Shown: one piece after another, positions 19,627-29,600 of the stretch | How positions within the stretch are numbered: the first letter of the stretch is position 1 | Layout of the letters: each line of letters starts with the position of its first letter | DNA from: Lachnospiraceae bacterium | Lineage (GTDB): Bacteria; Bacillota; Clostridia; Lachnospirales; Lachnospiraceae | Direction of reading: 5' to 3' | NCBI GenBank assembly: GCA_016285265.1 | Contig: JAEEQL010000001.1 | Location: 5,003-69,002 of the forward strand | DNA length: 64,000 nucleotides | Position numbers and translations under genes: made by a program | Notes under the pieces: model-generated | What the model was told of the DNA's origin: nothing | The model's database searches: none | The model's input: the letters and a program-made list of their open reading frames with translations, nothing else

Positions 19627-21684
19627 TTGCCTAAGAATCTCTATATAACCGAAAAACCAAGTGTCGCAGGTCAGTTCTCACAGGCTCTTCATGAGAACAT
19701 GCGTAAAGGAGACGGTTTCTTTGAGGGTGAAAACAGTGTCATCACCTGGTGTGTCGGTCATCTAGTATCAATGAGTTACCCCGAAGAATACGACCCGGCC
19801 TTAAAGATGTGGAGGTATGACACCATACCTTTTATTCCTGATGCTTATAAGTATCAGGTCATTGATAATGTCAGAAAACAGTTTGAGATAGTAAAAAGAC
19901 TTCTTAACAGGGATGATATCGCCTGCATCTACATCTGTACCGACTCGGGACGTGAAGGAGAATATATCTACAGACTCGTAGATATGGAAGCACATGTTCC
20001 CGCCGGAAAGCCGAGGAAAAGAGTCTGGATAGATTCACAGACTGACGAAGAGATCCTCAGAGGCATAAGGGAAGCGAAGGACTGGTCATTCTATGATAAT
20101 CTTTCCGATGCCGCCTATTTAAGGGCTCAGGAAGATTACCTGATGGGAATCAATTTCACGAGAGCTCTCACCCTTAAATATTCCAGGAAATGTGCGGGGC
20201 TCCTCGGACTCGACAGACTGACCGTGACTGTCGGCCGTGTAATGACCTGTGTTCTCGGAATAGTAGTAAGAAGGGAACAGGAGATAAGGAATTTCGTAAA
20301 GACTCCCTTTTATAAGGTCATCATGAAGGGCAGTATCGGTGATGTTCCCGCTGATCTATCCTGGAAGGCTTTCGAATCCTCTGAGTATTACGCATCACCT
20401 CTTCTGTATAAGGATAACGGTTTTAAGGAAAGGGCAGCGGCCGAAAAGCTCATAAGCGGCCTTAAGGCACTTCCCGAACAGACGGCAGAGGTGACCGAAA
20501 TTTCGAGAAAGACCGAAAAGAAGAATCCGCCTCTATTATTTAACCTTGCCGAGCTTCAGAATGTATGCTCCAAGCTTTTCAAGATATCCCCCTCGGATAC
20601 TCTTAATATCGCTCAGGAGCTTTATGAAAAGAAACTGACCACTTATCCCAGAACGGATGCGAGAGTTCTATCCACCGCGGTATGCAAGGAAATAAACAAA
20701 AACATCGGCGGTCTGAAGGGCTATGCCAGGGTCAGCTCCGAAGCATCCGAAGTGCTTGCGGGAGATTCGTGGAAGAGCATTGCAGGGACCAAGTACTGTA
20801 ATGACAAAGCGATAACCGACCACTATGCTATCATTCCCACCGGACAGGGACTCGGAAACCTTTCGAGCTTAAGCAAGCTCAGTGCGGATGTTTATGAGCT
20901 TATCTGCAGGAGATTCCTTTCCGTCTTTTACCCGGCGGCTGTCTATAAGAAGACACTTCTTACCGCTCTGCAGGGAAAGGAAGGCTTTACTGCTTCATAT
21001 AAAGTTCTTGAGGATGAAGGCTATATGAAGGTCTTTTCCTGTTCATTCCAGAATAAGAATGAGGATACCGAAAAGACCGGCGAAAGCGGATCCGAGAATA
21101 ATGAGGAAGAAGCAGAAGATCAGGCAGCGGATGATGCACTCAAGAAAGCCCTTGAGACATTAAAGAAGGGTGATATCATCAAAGTCTGCGACCATGAGAT
21201 AAAGGAAGGTGAGACCGCGCCTCCAAAGCGTTATACATCGGGAAGCATCATTCTTACGATGGAAAATGCCGGACAGTTCATTGAAGACGAAGAGCTCCGT
21301 GCACAGATTAAGGGAAGCGGTATAGGAACTTCTGCGACCAGAGCCGAGATCCTTACCAAGCTCCAGACAATCGGATATCTGAACCTTAACAAAAAAACAC
21401 AGATCATTACTCCCACCATTTTGGGTGAGATGATATATTATATAGTTAACGGATCGATACCTGCGCTTCTTGACGCAAAGCTTACCGCAAGCTGGGAAAA
21501 GGGCCTGTCCGGAGTTGCGGACGGATCAATCACTTCAGCGGATTACAAGGATAAGCTCGGAAGATTCGTTAAGGATAAGACCAATGAGGTCAAATCAAAG
21601 CAGAATGCAGACGGTCTTGATGCGGTATATAAACACATCAGCGTATATTACAAGAAGGCCGAAAGCGGGAGGGGAAAGAAATGA
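19627..21684 (+). CDS. topB: Type IA DNA topoisomerase (topoisomerase III-like)
   Basis: TEKPSVA, TWCVGHL, TDSGREGE, GRVMT, catalytic TYPRTD, GIGTSATRA. Confidence 0.9.
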   Translation: MPKNLYITEKPSVAGQFSQALHENMRKGDGFFEGENSVITWCVGHLVSMSYPEEYDPALKMWRYDTIPFIPDAYKYQVIDNVRKQFEIVKRLLNRDDIACIYICTDSGREGEYIYRLVDMEAHVPAGKPRKRVWIDSQTDEEILRGIREAKDWSFYDNLSDAAYLRAQEDYLMGINFTRALTLKYSRKCAGLLGLDRLTVTVGRVMTCVLGIVVRREQEIRNFVKTPFYKVIMKGSIGDVPADLSWKAFESSEYYASPLLYKDNGFKERAAAEKLISGLKALPEQTAEVTEISRKTEKKNPPLLFNLAELQNVCSKLFKISPSDTLNIAQELYEKKLTTYPRTDARVLSTAVCKEINKNIGGLKGYARVSSEASEVLAGDSWKSIAGTKYCNDKAITDHYAIIPTGQGLGNLSSLSKLSADVYELICRRFLSVFYPAAVYKKTLLTALQGKEGFTASYKVLEDEGYMKVFSCSFQNKNEDTEKTGESGSENNEEEAEDQAADDALKKALETLKKGDIIKVCDHEIKEGETAPPKRYTSGSIILTMENAGQFIEDEELRAQIKGSGIGTSATRAEILTKLQTIGYLNLNKKTQIITPTILGEMIYYIVNGSIPALLDAKLTASWEKGLSGVADGSITSADYKDKLGRFVKDKTNEVKSKQNADGLDAVYKHISVYYKKAESGRGKK

Positions 21685-22355
21685 GCGACATGATAAAGAT
21701 CACCGATCTTTATGACCTGAATGAGACAATCGCAGCAGATTATCTTAAAGGCTTCGAGTATCCCTGGGAGGCGCTTGCCGGTATCAAGGCATTTATCCTT
21801 GAACTCGGAAAGACTCTTCCGGAAGACAGATTCGAAAAAAGAGGAGAGGATATCTGGGTAGCTAAGAGCGCAAAGGTTGCTCCCACTGCCTGCCTTAACG
21901 GACCTCTTATCATAGATGAGGATGCAGAAATCAGACATTGTGCTTTCATACGGGGATCGGTCATTGTCGGAAAGAACAGTGTGGTAGGTAATTCCACAGA
22001 GCTTAAGAATGTCATTCTTTTCAATACTGTCCAGGTTCCGCATTATAACTATGTAGGAGACAGCATACTCGGATATAAGTCCCATATGGGAGCGGGATCG
22101 ATCACTTCCAATGTAAAATCCGACAAAAAGAATGTTATTGTCAAAGGCGAGAATTCATATGAGACCGGCCTTAAGAAATTCGGCGCGATGCTCGGTGACC
22201 GTGCGGAGATAGGTTGTAATTCCGTACTTAATCCCGGCTCCGTTATAGGCCGTGACACGATAGTATATCCCACCAGCTGTTTCAGAGGAGTTCTCCCCAC
22301 CAATTCCATATTCAAAAAATCCGGAGAGATCTGCATAAGGAATGCGGAAGAGTGA
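21681..22355 (+). CDS. Left-handed beta-helix acyltransferase resembling the GlmU C-terminal domain
   Basis: Hexapeptide repeats; VPHYNYVGDSILG, GAGSITSN, GAMLGD, IGCNSVLNPG. Confidence 0.8.
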   Translation: MSDMIKITDLYDLNETIAADYLKGFEYPWEALAGIKAFILELGKTLPEDRFEKRGEDIWVAKSAKVAPTACLNGPLIIDEDAEIRHCAFIRGSVIVGKNSVVGNSTELKNVILFNTVQVPHYNYVGDSILGYKSHMGAGSITSNVKSDKKNVIVKGENSYETGLKKFGAMLGDRAEIGCNSVLNPGSVIGRDTIVYPTSCFRGVLPTNSIFKKSGEICIRNAEE

Positions 22356-22357
22356 TT

Positions 22358-22386
22358 TTGACGAATCGGTACAGATATTGTAATAT
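22358..22386 (+). promoter_or_regulatory. Putative promoter of the DUF4190/DUF2752 pair
   Basis: TTGACG-17bp-TAATAT. Confidence 0.5.
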
Positions 22387-22428
22387 GTGTATGGTTTGAC
22401 GGTTAAGTCAGCCGGTAAAGGAGTAATT

Positions 22429-23016
22429 ATGGATTACAATAACAATAATCAGAACCAGAATCAGAATGCAGGCTTCCAGAGCCAGGAACAGCCCTATTCA
22501 CAGGGGGCGGCTCCCCAGCAGCCCCGTTATTCGTCACAGAATAATTTCCAGCAGAATGCTTATTCGCAACAGGGTGCATATTCGCAGCAGGGCGGATTTT
22601 CGCAGCAGGGCGCATACACCCAGCAGGGTGCTTATTCCCAGCAGGGTGCATATAACCAGCAGAATGTGTATTCAAATCCCCAGGCATATCAGCAGCCCCA
22701 GTATAACAGCCCCTATGCACAGGGACCCGAAAAGCCCGGAGTAAATGCATGCCAGGTTATCTCTCTTATCTGCGGTATTCTTTCGATACTTTGCTGCTGT
22801 TCCGGAATAATCGGAATCATACTTGGCGGAATCGGACTTCTGCTTGCAATCATCGGAAACAGGAACAATAAGCATGGCGTAGGAACCGCCGGAATCGTAT
22901 GCTCCATCATTGGTCTCTTACTTTCGCTCATCATCCTCGGCATGGCACTTTTCGGCTCATATACCATCCCCAGAGATATAAATGATCTTTATGAGACCAT
23001 TGAAATGTATGATTGA
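22429..23016 (+). CDS. DUF4190-like membrane protein with Gln-rich disordered N-terminus
   Basis: SD AAAGGAG; SLICGILSILCCC..IGIILGGIGLLLAIIG..AGIVCSIIGL two-TM motif. Confidence 0.75.
   Translation: MDYNNNNQNQNQNAGFQSQEQPYSQGAAPQQPRYSSQNNFQQNAYSQQGAYSQQGGFSQQGAYTQQGAYSQQGAYNQQNVYSNPQAYQQPQYNSPYAQGPEKPGVNACQVISLICGILSILCCCSGIIGIILGGIGLLLAIIGNRNNKHGVGTAGIVCSIIGLLLSLIILGMALFGSYTIPRDINDLYETIEMYD
22549..22674 (+). repeat. Seven imperfect 18-bp in-frame tandem repeats (QQGAYS-like)
   Basis: Units such as CAGCAGGGTGCTTATTCC, read directly. Confidence 0.9.
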
Positions 23017-23482
23017 CCGTCGTAAAGACAAAAAGAATGATAATGATAAAAAGCCATTTCCTTTACGGAAATGGCTTTTTGAACCTGTCAGTGACAGAAG
23101 ACTGTTCTATATGGGACTTGCCGCAGGAATATTTCTTGCCGCAGGATGGCTCATCTACAGGAGATTTTTTGAAGGCATAGGCCCCGGCGAATGTGCTTTT
23201 AAAAGCGTAACCGGTCTGTATTGCCCCGGGTGCGGCGGAACGAGAGCGGTGGATGCACTTCTTTCCGGACACCTCATCAAGGCAATCATATATCATCCCT
23301 TTGTGCCTTATTGTATATTTATGTGGGTGATATATGAAGGAAGTCATCTTCTGGAGATACTACATGTTCCTCACATCAGGGGGATGAGATTCAGGAATTC
23401 CTATATGTGGATCGGACTCGCTATTTTGTTCCTGAACTGGATCATCAAGAACGTACTGCTTATTGTTCTGAACCTTCGGTAA
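23009..23482 (+). CDS. DUF2752 family membrane protein
   Basis: CAFKSVTGLYCPGCGGTRA..LLSGH..AIIYHP; start overlaps the previous stop. Confidence 0.85.
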   Translation: MIDRRKDKKNDNDKKPFPLRKWLFEPVSDRRLFYMGLAAGIFLAAGWLIYRRFFEGIGPGECAFKSVTGLYCPGCGGTRAVDALLSGHLIKAIIYHPFVPYCIFMWVIYEGSHLLEILHVPHIRGMRFRNSYMWIGLAILFLNWIIKNVLLIVLNLR

Positions 23483-23987
23483 GCGTTCCGGGCTGCGAGG
23501 TCGAAACATTCGCATCCTGTGAAACCTCGCCGTTAAGGAATGTCATGATGACCTTGATCCTCTTAAAAGCGTTTGCGTACGAGGTTGAAGCTTCGTTGTA
23601 TTTATCGGTCATTGCCTGGGAGTTAAGGGAATTGTCCGTATAGACCTGATTAAAACCGGTAACCGCTTCGGACATATATGCGGATGCTTCGTCCGCCAGA
23701 TGCTCGAGGTAATCATATTCCTCGGGAAAATCGAGCGCGGCAAAATCCGAAAATGCAGTATTTAAACTGTTCAGGCAGTTCATTATGTCGGTTGTATAGG
23801 TTTCGGATGCGGTATCGATTGAATTGATCTGTGTATCGATATCGGAGATCGTCTGGCAGAATGTATCGACCTGATCCCTGAACTGTTTTAACTCTTCAGA
23901 TCCCTGTCCTTCGGACCCGGACGAACCGCATCCCGTGATGAGCAGAAGAGATATTATAAGTGTGATCATTGTATAACGGATCTTCAT
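23460..23987 (-). CDS. Uncharacterised lipoprotein
   Basis: Lipobox LLITG-C; SD GGAG; own promoter; 23-bp convergent overlap with the DUF2752 gene. Confidence 0.8.
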   Translation of the reverse strand: MKIRYTMITLIISLLLITGCGSSGSEGQGSEELKQFRDQVDTFCQTISDIDTQINSIDTASETYTTDIMNCLNSLNTAFSDFAALDFPEEYDYLEHLADEASAYMSEAVTGFNQVYTDNSLNSQAMTDKYNEASTSYANAFKRIKVIMTFLNGEVSQDANVSTSQPGTLTEGSEQ

Positions 23988-24018
23988 ATTTATACTCCAT
24001 ATAAAAAGGATTTCTATC

Positions 24019-24047
24019 ATCCTAACAACTTAGTACATAAATGTCAA
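24019..24047 (-). promoter_or_regulatory. Promoter of the lipoprotein gene
   Basis: TTGACA-17bp-TAGGAT on the minus strand. Confidence 0.6.
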
Positions 24048-24066
24048 AAAAAGTTCCGATAATCAC

Positions 24067-24095
24067 TTGACATAACCTCTGTACATATATATAAT
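24067..24095 (+). promoter_or_regulatory. Consensus sigma-A promoter of rpmF
   Basis: Perfect TTGACA-17bp-TATAAT. Confidence 0.85.
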
Positions 24096-24172
24096 CTCTA
24101 ATTGTGTGTCGCACGAAAGTTTTGTGATGCACCTTTATATGCGAAAATACAATGGATAAGGAGGTGTTTCAA

Positions 24173-24352
24173 ATGTCCATTTGCCCTAAGAATAAATCAT
24201 CCAAAGGTCACAGAGATCAGAGAAGAGCTAACTGGAAGATGACTGCTCCCACTCTCGTAAAGTGCAGCAAGTGCGGAAGCCTTATGGTTCCTCACAGAGT
24301 ATGCAAGAACTGTGGTTCTTACAATAAGAAGCAGATCGTTGAGACCGACTGA
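24173..24352 (+). CDS. rpmF: 50S ribosomal protein L32 (zinc-ribbon form)
   Basis: PKNKSSK..RDQRRA, CSKC..PHRVCKNCGSY; SD AAGGAGG. Confidence 0.96.
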   Translation: MSICPKNKSSKGHRDQRRANWKMTAPTLVKCSKCGSLMVPHRVCKNCGSYNKKQIVETD

Positions 24353-24378
24353 TCCGTAGTTTAAATGTACCGATTAAT

Positions 24379-24411
24379 GCAGGGCATTGCTGTTTGCAAT
24401 GCTCTGTTTTT
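24379..24411 (+). terminator. Terminator after rpmF
   Basis: CAGGGCATTGC/GCAATGCTCTG stem then TTTTT. Confidence 0.8.
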
Positions 24412-24473
24412 GTTGTACCGGGAAACGCCTTAAAAAAAGCACTTGTAATGCTTAATAATACTGTCTAAATCGG

Positions 24474-24502
24474 TTGATTTTTGCATTTTGTCCTAGTATA
24501 TT
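24474..24502 (+). promoter_or_regulatory. Putative promoter of plsX-acpP
   Basis: TTGATT-17bp-TATATT. Confidence 0.55.
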
Positions 24503-24533
24503 AAGTTTTGGTATGTTTATGTAAGGAGAGCTT

Positions 24534-25550
24534 ATGGCTGATAAGGTAAATATAGCTGTAGATGCTATGGGCGGTGACAATGCACCCGCTGAAGTTGTAA
24601 AGGGATGTATTGAAGCCCTGGAACAAGCACCCGGTCTTAAGATCAGTCTTGTCGGGATCGAAGACAAGGTCCGTGCCGAACTTTCCAAATATACATATGA
24701 CCCCGACCGTATCGAAGTCATACATGCTTCGGAAGTTATAGAAATGGCCGAGCCGCCCGTAATGGCTGTCAGGACCAAGAAGGATTCCTCCCTTGTAAGA
24801 TGTATGTATCTGGTAAAGGAAGGAAAATGTGATGCTCTTGTTACCGCCGGAAGCACAGGCGCGTTCCTTGTCGGCGGTCAGATAATCGTCGGAAGGATCA
24901 AGGGTGTCGAGAGACCTCCTCTTGCTCCTTTTATTCCTACTTTAAACGGAAGATGTCTTCTTCTCGACTGCGGTGCGAATGTTGACGCAAGGCCTTCACA
25001 GCTTGTACAGTTCGCCAAGATCGGTTCCGCATATGTCAGGAAGGCATGCGGCATAGATAATCCCAGAGTCGGTATCGTCAATATCGGTGCCGAAGAGGAA
25101 AAGGGAAATGCACTTGTTAAGGAAACATTCCCTCTTTTGAAAGCAACTCCCGAGATAAACTTTATCGGAAGTGTCGAAGCAAGGGATATTCCCTACGGAG
25201 CCGCAGATGTCGTCGTATGCGAAGCTTTCGTCGGTAACGTCATTCTTAAGATGTATGAAGGTGTCGGTACCGCTCTTATGAAGTCCATGAAGGAAGCTTT
25301 TATGTCTTCAACCAAGAGCAAGATCGGTGCGCTGCTTGCAAAGCCCGCTCTAAAGAAGACACTGAAGCAGTATGATACAAACCGGTACGGCGGAGCACCG
25401 CTCCTCGGATGTAACGGTCTGCTGGTCAAGACACACGGATCCAGCAAGTCGGCTCCGATCTGCAATTCGATCTTACAGTGCAAATTGTTTGCGGATCAGA
25501 ATATCAACAATGACATTAAGGAAATGTTCAGCATTTCATCAGATATTTAA
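24534..25550 (+). CDS. plsX: Phosphate acyltransferase PlsX
   Basis: AVDAMGGDNAP, AGSTGA, LDCGANVD, NIGAEEEKGN, GNVILK, GGAPLLG. Confidence 0.97.
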   Translation: MADKVNIAVDAMGGDNAPAEVVKGCIEALEQAPGLKISLVGIEDKVRAELSKYTYDPDRIEVIHASEVIEMAEPPVMAVRTKKDSSLVRCMYLVKEGKCDALVTAGSTGAFLVGGQIIVGRIKGVERPPLAPFIPTLNGRCLLLDCGANVDARPSQLVQFAKIGSAYVRKACGIDNPRVGIVNIGAEEEKGNALVKETFPLLKATPEINFIGSVEARDIPYGAADVVVCEAFVGNVILKMYEGVGTALMKSMKEAFMSSTKSKIGALLAKPALKKTLKQYDTNRYGGAPLLGCNGLLVKTHGSSKSAPICNSILQCKLFADQNINNDIKEMFSISSDI

Positions 25551-25568
25551 GTTTTAAGGAGGCTTTTT

Positions 25569-25808
25569 ATGGAATTCGAAAAGTTAAAGACAATCATCGC
25601 AGAGGTTCTTAATGTAGATCCCGAGGAGATCACACTTCAGTCTACATTTACCGATGATCTCGGTGCAGATTCACTTGATGTATATCAGATCATCATGGGC
25701 CTTGAAGATGCTTTCGATATCAAGATTCCCGAGGAGAGCGCAGAGAAGATCACCACTGTAGGCGAAGCCGTAGAGATGATCAAGAACGCACTTTCTTCCA
25801 ACGACTGA
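25569..25808 (+). CDS. acpP: Acyl carrier protein
   Basis: DLGADSLD phosphopantetheine motif. Confidence 0.97.
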   Translation: MEFEKLKTIIAEVLNVDPEEITLQSTFTDDLGADSLDVYQIIMGLEDAFDIKIPEESAEKITTVGEAVEMIKNALSSND

Positions 25809-25815
25809 TATATTT

Positions 25816-25935
25816 CTGTAATAAAGTCCCGAAAGGTGAAGCCTGTCATTACGGGCAATACCTTATTTCTCCCTGTGTATTACAGGCCGGGTGAAAAAGG
25901 GTTGCCCTTATGTCAGTGACCTCTCGGGATATTTT
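25816..25935 (+). promoter_or_regulatory. Structured leader between acpP and rnc
   Basis: Several complementary segments (GTCCCGA/TCGGGAT, GCCTGT/ACAGGC, GGGCAA/TTGCCC); function inferred only. Confidence 0.45.
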
Positions 25936-25949
25936 ATGGGGGAAAGAAT

Positions 25950-26639
25950 ATGGACGATCAAGTATTGAGGGAGTTACAGGACCTTATCGGTTATTCCTTC
26001 ACCGATACGGCTCTGCTCGTCCAGGCCATCACGCATTCTTCCTTTTGCAACGAACAGCTTATTGGGAAGACGATGGATTACGAGAGACTTGAGTTTCTCG
26101 GTGATGCCGTTTTGGAAGCGGTGAGCAGTGAATTTCTTTATTCGGGATATCCCGACAAGAAAGAAGGAGAATTATCCAAGATAAGGGCTTCCATGGTATG
26201 TGAGCCTTCTCTTGCATTCTGTGCAAGGGATATCAGACTCGGTTCATTCATCAGACTCGGAAAGGGTGAGGAGAGAACCGGAGGAAGAGAAAGGGACAGT
26301 ATCATCTCGGATGTTATGGAAGCCATTATAGGAGCGATATTCCTTGACGGAGGATTTGACAAGGCAAGGGATTTCATCCACAGATTCGTTCTTTCGGATC
26401 TCGATAAAAAACAGCTCTTTTTCGATTCCAAGAGTAATCTTCAGGAATTCGTCGCAAAGAATATGAAAAAAGAGCTTGAATACGTCACCGAAGAAGAGAC
26501 GGGGGAGGGTAATGAAAAGATCTTCAGATCCAAAGTCCTGATCGGTGGTGAGACGGTATCGGAAGGCCTGGGCCGCAGCAAAAAAGCATCTCAGCAGGAA
26601 GCGGCGTACAATGCATTGATTAAGGTCAGGAGTTTTTAA
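25950..26639 (+). CDS. rnc: Ribonuclease III
   Basis: ERLEFLGDAVL, DVMEAIIGAIFLDGG, dsRBD with SKKASQQEAA. Confidence 0.97.
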   Translation: MDDQVLRELQDLIGYSFTDTALLVQAITHSSFCNEQLIGKTMDYERLEFLGDAVLEAVSSEFLYSGYPDKKEGELSKIRASMVCEPSLAFCARDIRLGSFIRLGKGEERTGGRERDSIISDVMEAIIGAIFLDGGFDKARDFIHRFVLSDLDKKQLFFDSKSNLQEFVAKNMKKELEYVTEEETGEGNEKIFRSKVLIGGETVSEGLGRSKKASQQEAAYNALIKVRSF

Positions 26640-29600
26640 TGTTTCTTAAAAGTATCGAAATACACGGATTTAAGTCTTTTGCGCAGAAGACTGTTCTTCA
26701 GTTCCATGAAGGCGTAACGGGTATAGTAGGTCCCAACGGTTCAGGTAAGAGTAATATCGCCGATGCCGTAAGATGGGTTCTCGGTGAACAGAGTGTAAAG
26801 AGCCTGCGTGGCGGTTCGATGCAGGACGTCATCTTTTCCGGTACACAGACCAGGAAACCTCTCAGCTATGCCTATGTTGCGATCACTTTAGACAATTCCG
26901 ATCACGCATTAAACATTTCATATGAAGAAGTAACCGTAGCAAGAAGGCTCTACAGATCCGGTGAGAGCGAATATCTGCTCAACGGTTCACCCTGCAGGCT
27001 CAAGGATGTCAATGAGCTCTTTTTTGATACCGGTATCGGAAAGGAAGGATATTCGATCATCGGTCAGGGCCAGATCGATAAGATCCTTTCGGGTAAGCCC
27101 GAGGAGAGACGTGAACTCTTTGACGAAGCTGCAGGTATCGTAAAGTTCAAATACAGAAAGAATGCCGCATTAAAGAAGCTCGACAGTGAGCAGAACAACC
27201 TCGTCAGAGTAAATGATATTCTTGCCGAGCTCGAGCGTCAGATCGGACCTCTCGAAAGACAGTCGGCTAAGGCTAAGGAATGGCTCAAGTATAAGGAAGA
27301 ATTAAAGACGATCGATGTCAATTCGTTCCTTCTTGAGAATGAATCCCTCAGGAAATCAGCCGCAGATCTTCAGGGAAGACTTGATGTTGCTTCTGCGGAT
27401 CTCGATAACACATCCAAAGAATATGAAAAGGTAAAGGACGACTATAACTCCGTACGCCTTGAGATGGAAGATCTTGAAGAAGCCATCGAGAAAGCAAGGG
27501 AGCTTGTTACCGGCGCCGATTCAAACAGACAGAAGCTTGAAAGCTCCATTGAACTTCTGAAGGAGCAGATCAATTCAAGTAAGGATAATATCGTTCATTT
27601 CTCCGAAAGAAAGGAAGCACTCCTCGGAGAGATTGAAAAGTATCAGGCAGAAAAGGATTCCATCCTTGCCGATAACGAGAGCGAAGAAGAGCAGGCACAG
27701 AAGGTTGAGACTGAAGCCACTCTCAGAAAGGAAGCTCTCGACAAAGCACAGGAGGAGATACAGGACCTCAATTCCAGGATTGAAGAATATGCGGCGGGTA
27801 TCATGGATGAGCTGAAGAAGCGTTCCGAGATACAGGGAAGACTCAGCCATTACGATGCCGTAATGCAGCAGATCGAGCTCAGAAAGGCAGAACTCCAGAG
27901 CAAGCTCTTAAGAGCACGCTCCGATGAGGAAGCCAGGGAAGATACCATCAAGCAGTACGAGCAGGCTTTCGAGAAGGTAAGTGAAGAGATCGCCGGCATG
28001 AACAAGACCGCATCCGATCTTGAGTTCAAGGTAAGTGATTACAGATCTAAGCTCACAAAGAAGGATGAAGAATTAAGAAGCCTTCAGGAAGAGTACCATA
28101 AAGAGAATTCCAGATACCGCGCACTTCAGGATATTGCCGAGGCCTATGAAGGATACGGCAACTCCGTTAAGAAGATAATGGAGCAGAAGTCATCCGAGCC
28201 CGGTATCATCGGCGTTGTTGCGGATATCATCAAGGTTGATGATAAGTACGAGACCGCGATCGAAACGGCTCTCGGCGGTAACATTCAGAACATCGTTACC
28301 AAGGATGAGGCAACTGCCAAGAAGATGATCACTTTCCTGAAAGAGGGAAAACTCGGAAGAGCAACCTTCCTTCCCATGGACAGTGTAAGAAAGCCCGAAG
28401 AGCTTAAGGCAAAAGATGCGCTTAATGAAAAAGGAATGCTCGGTCTTGCGAGCGATCTTGTAGAGACCGACAGGGAATATGAAGAGATCATCAAATTCCT
28501 TCTCGGCAGGTTTATCGTTGCCGACAATATGGACAATGCTACCAAAGCCGCAAGGAAGTTCAACTATACCCTCAGGGTTGTCACACTTGAAGGCGAGCTT
28601 CTTATGCCCGGCGGATCCATCAGCGGCGGTGCATTCAAGAATAACTCCAACTTCCTCGGAAAGAGCCGTGAGATTAATGATCTTAAGAAGAAGGTAGCTA
28701 AGCTTTCCGCAGATATCGAAAAGGCGCAGAAGGATATCGAGGAGATCAGGGAAAACAGAAATACTTCAAGAGCCGAGCTCGATAAGTTAAAGCTTGAGAT
28801 CCAGAACAAGGTGATCGAGCAGAATACGGCAAGACTCTCACTTCAGTCCGAGCGTGACAGATTCAATGAAGAGAGTGAGAACGCCGTAAATCTTAAGCAG
28901 GAGCAGGCGGATATCGAGAAGGAGATTGTCGATGCCGCAAATGCAAGGGATGAAGCTGCCGACATTCTCAGCGAATCCGAAAAGACTGAAAAGAGACTCC
29001 GCGAGGAAGAGGCCGATCTTAACGAGATCCTCAAGGAAAAGCAGGCCGTCGAATCCGAGGCTGCCGCACGCGTAAACGAGTGGGAAGTCGAAGTCCAGAA
29101 GATGAAACAGGCCAAGGACTTCAAGCAGGCTAACCTGACCCGTGTCGAAGAATCTCTCGAAAATGCAGGTTCGGAACTTGAGAATCTGAACACATCGATC
29201 GAATCCAACAATACTGCAATTTCCGAAAAGGAAGTTCAGATAGAAGAGATCAGGAAGACGATCGAAGCATCCTTCGAAGAGCAGGAGAAGTCCGCAGAGC
29301 TTCTCAAAAATTCTCTTTCCAAGAAGGAAGAACTTTCCAATAAGCAGAAGGGCTTCTTCGATACAACGGAAAAACTCCAGGAGAAGATGTCCTCACTCGA
29401 TAAAGAGGTCAACCGTCTTACCACACAGAGGGATAAGGCTAACGAGACCATGGAGACCCGCATCAATTACATGTGGCAGGAGTATGAGATAACCTTAAGC
29501 CAGGCTGCGGAGATGAGGGACGAATCCCTTAATGACCTTACCGTACTCAAACGTGATGCGGCCGAGGTAAGGGATAAGATCAAGAAGCTCGGCGATGTCA

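Noticed and set aside
22549-22674. 18-bp tandem repeats as a CRISPR array
   Set aside because: No spacers; the units are contiguous, in frame and encode a Gln-rich peptide; no cas genes
25853-25907. c-di-GMP-I riboswitch upstream of rnc (GGGCAA..GGGTTGCC resemblance)
   Set aside because: Lacks the GNRA tetraloop hairpin, its receptor and the GCAAA core; context is implausible
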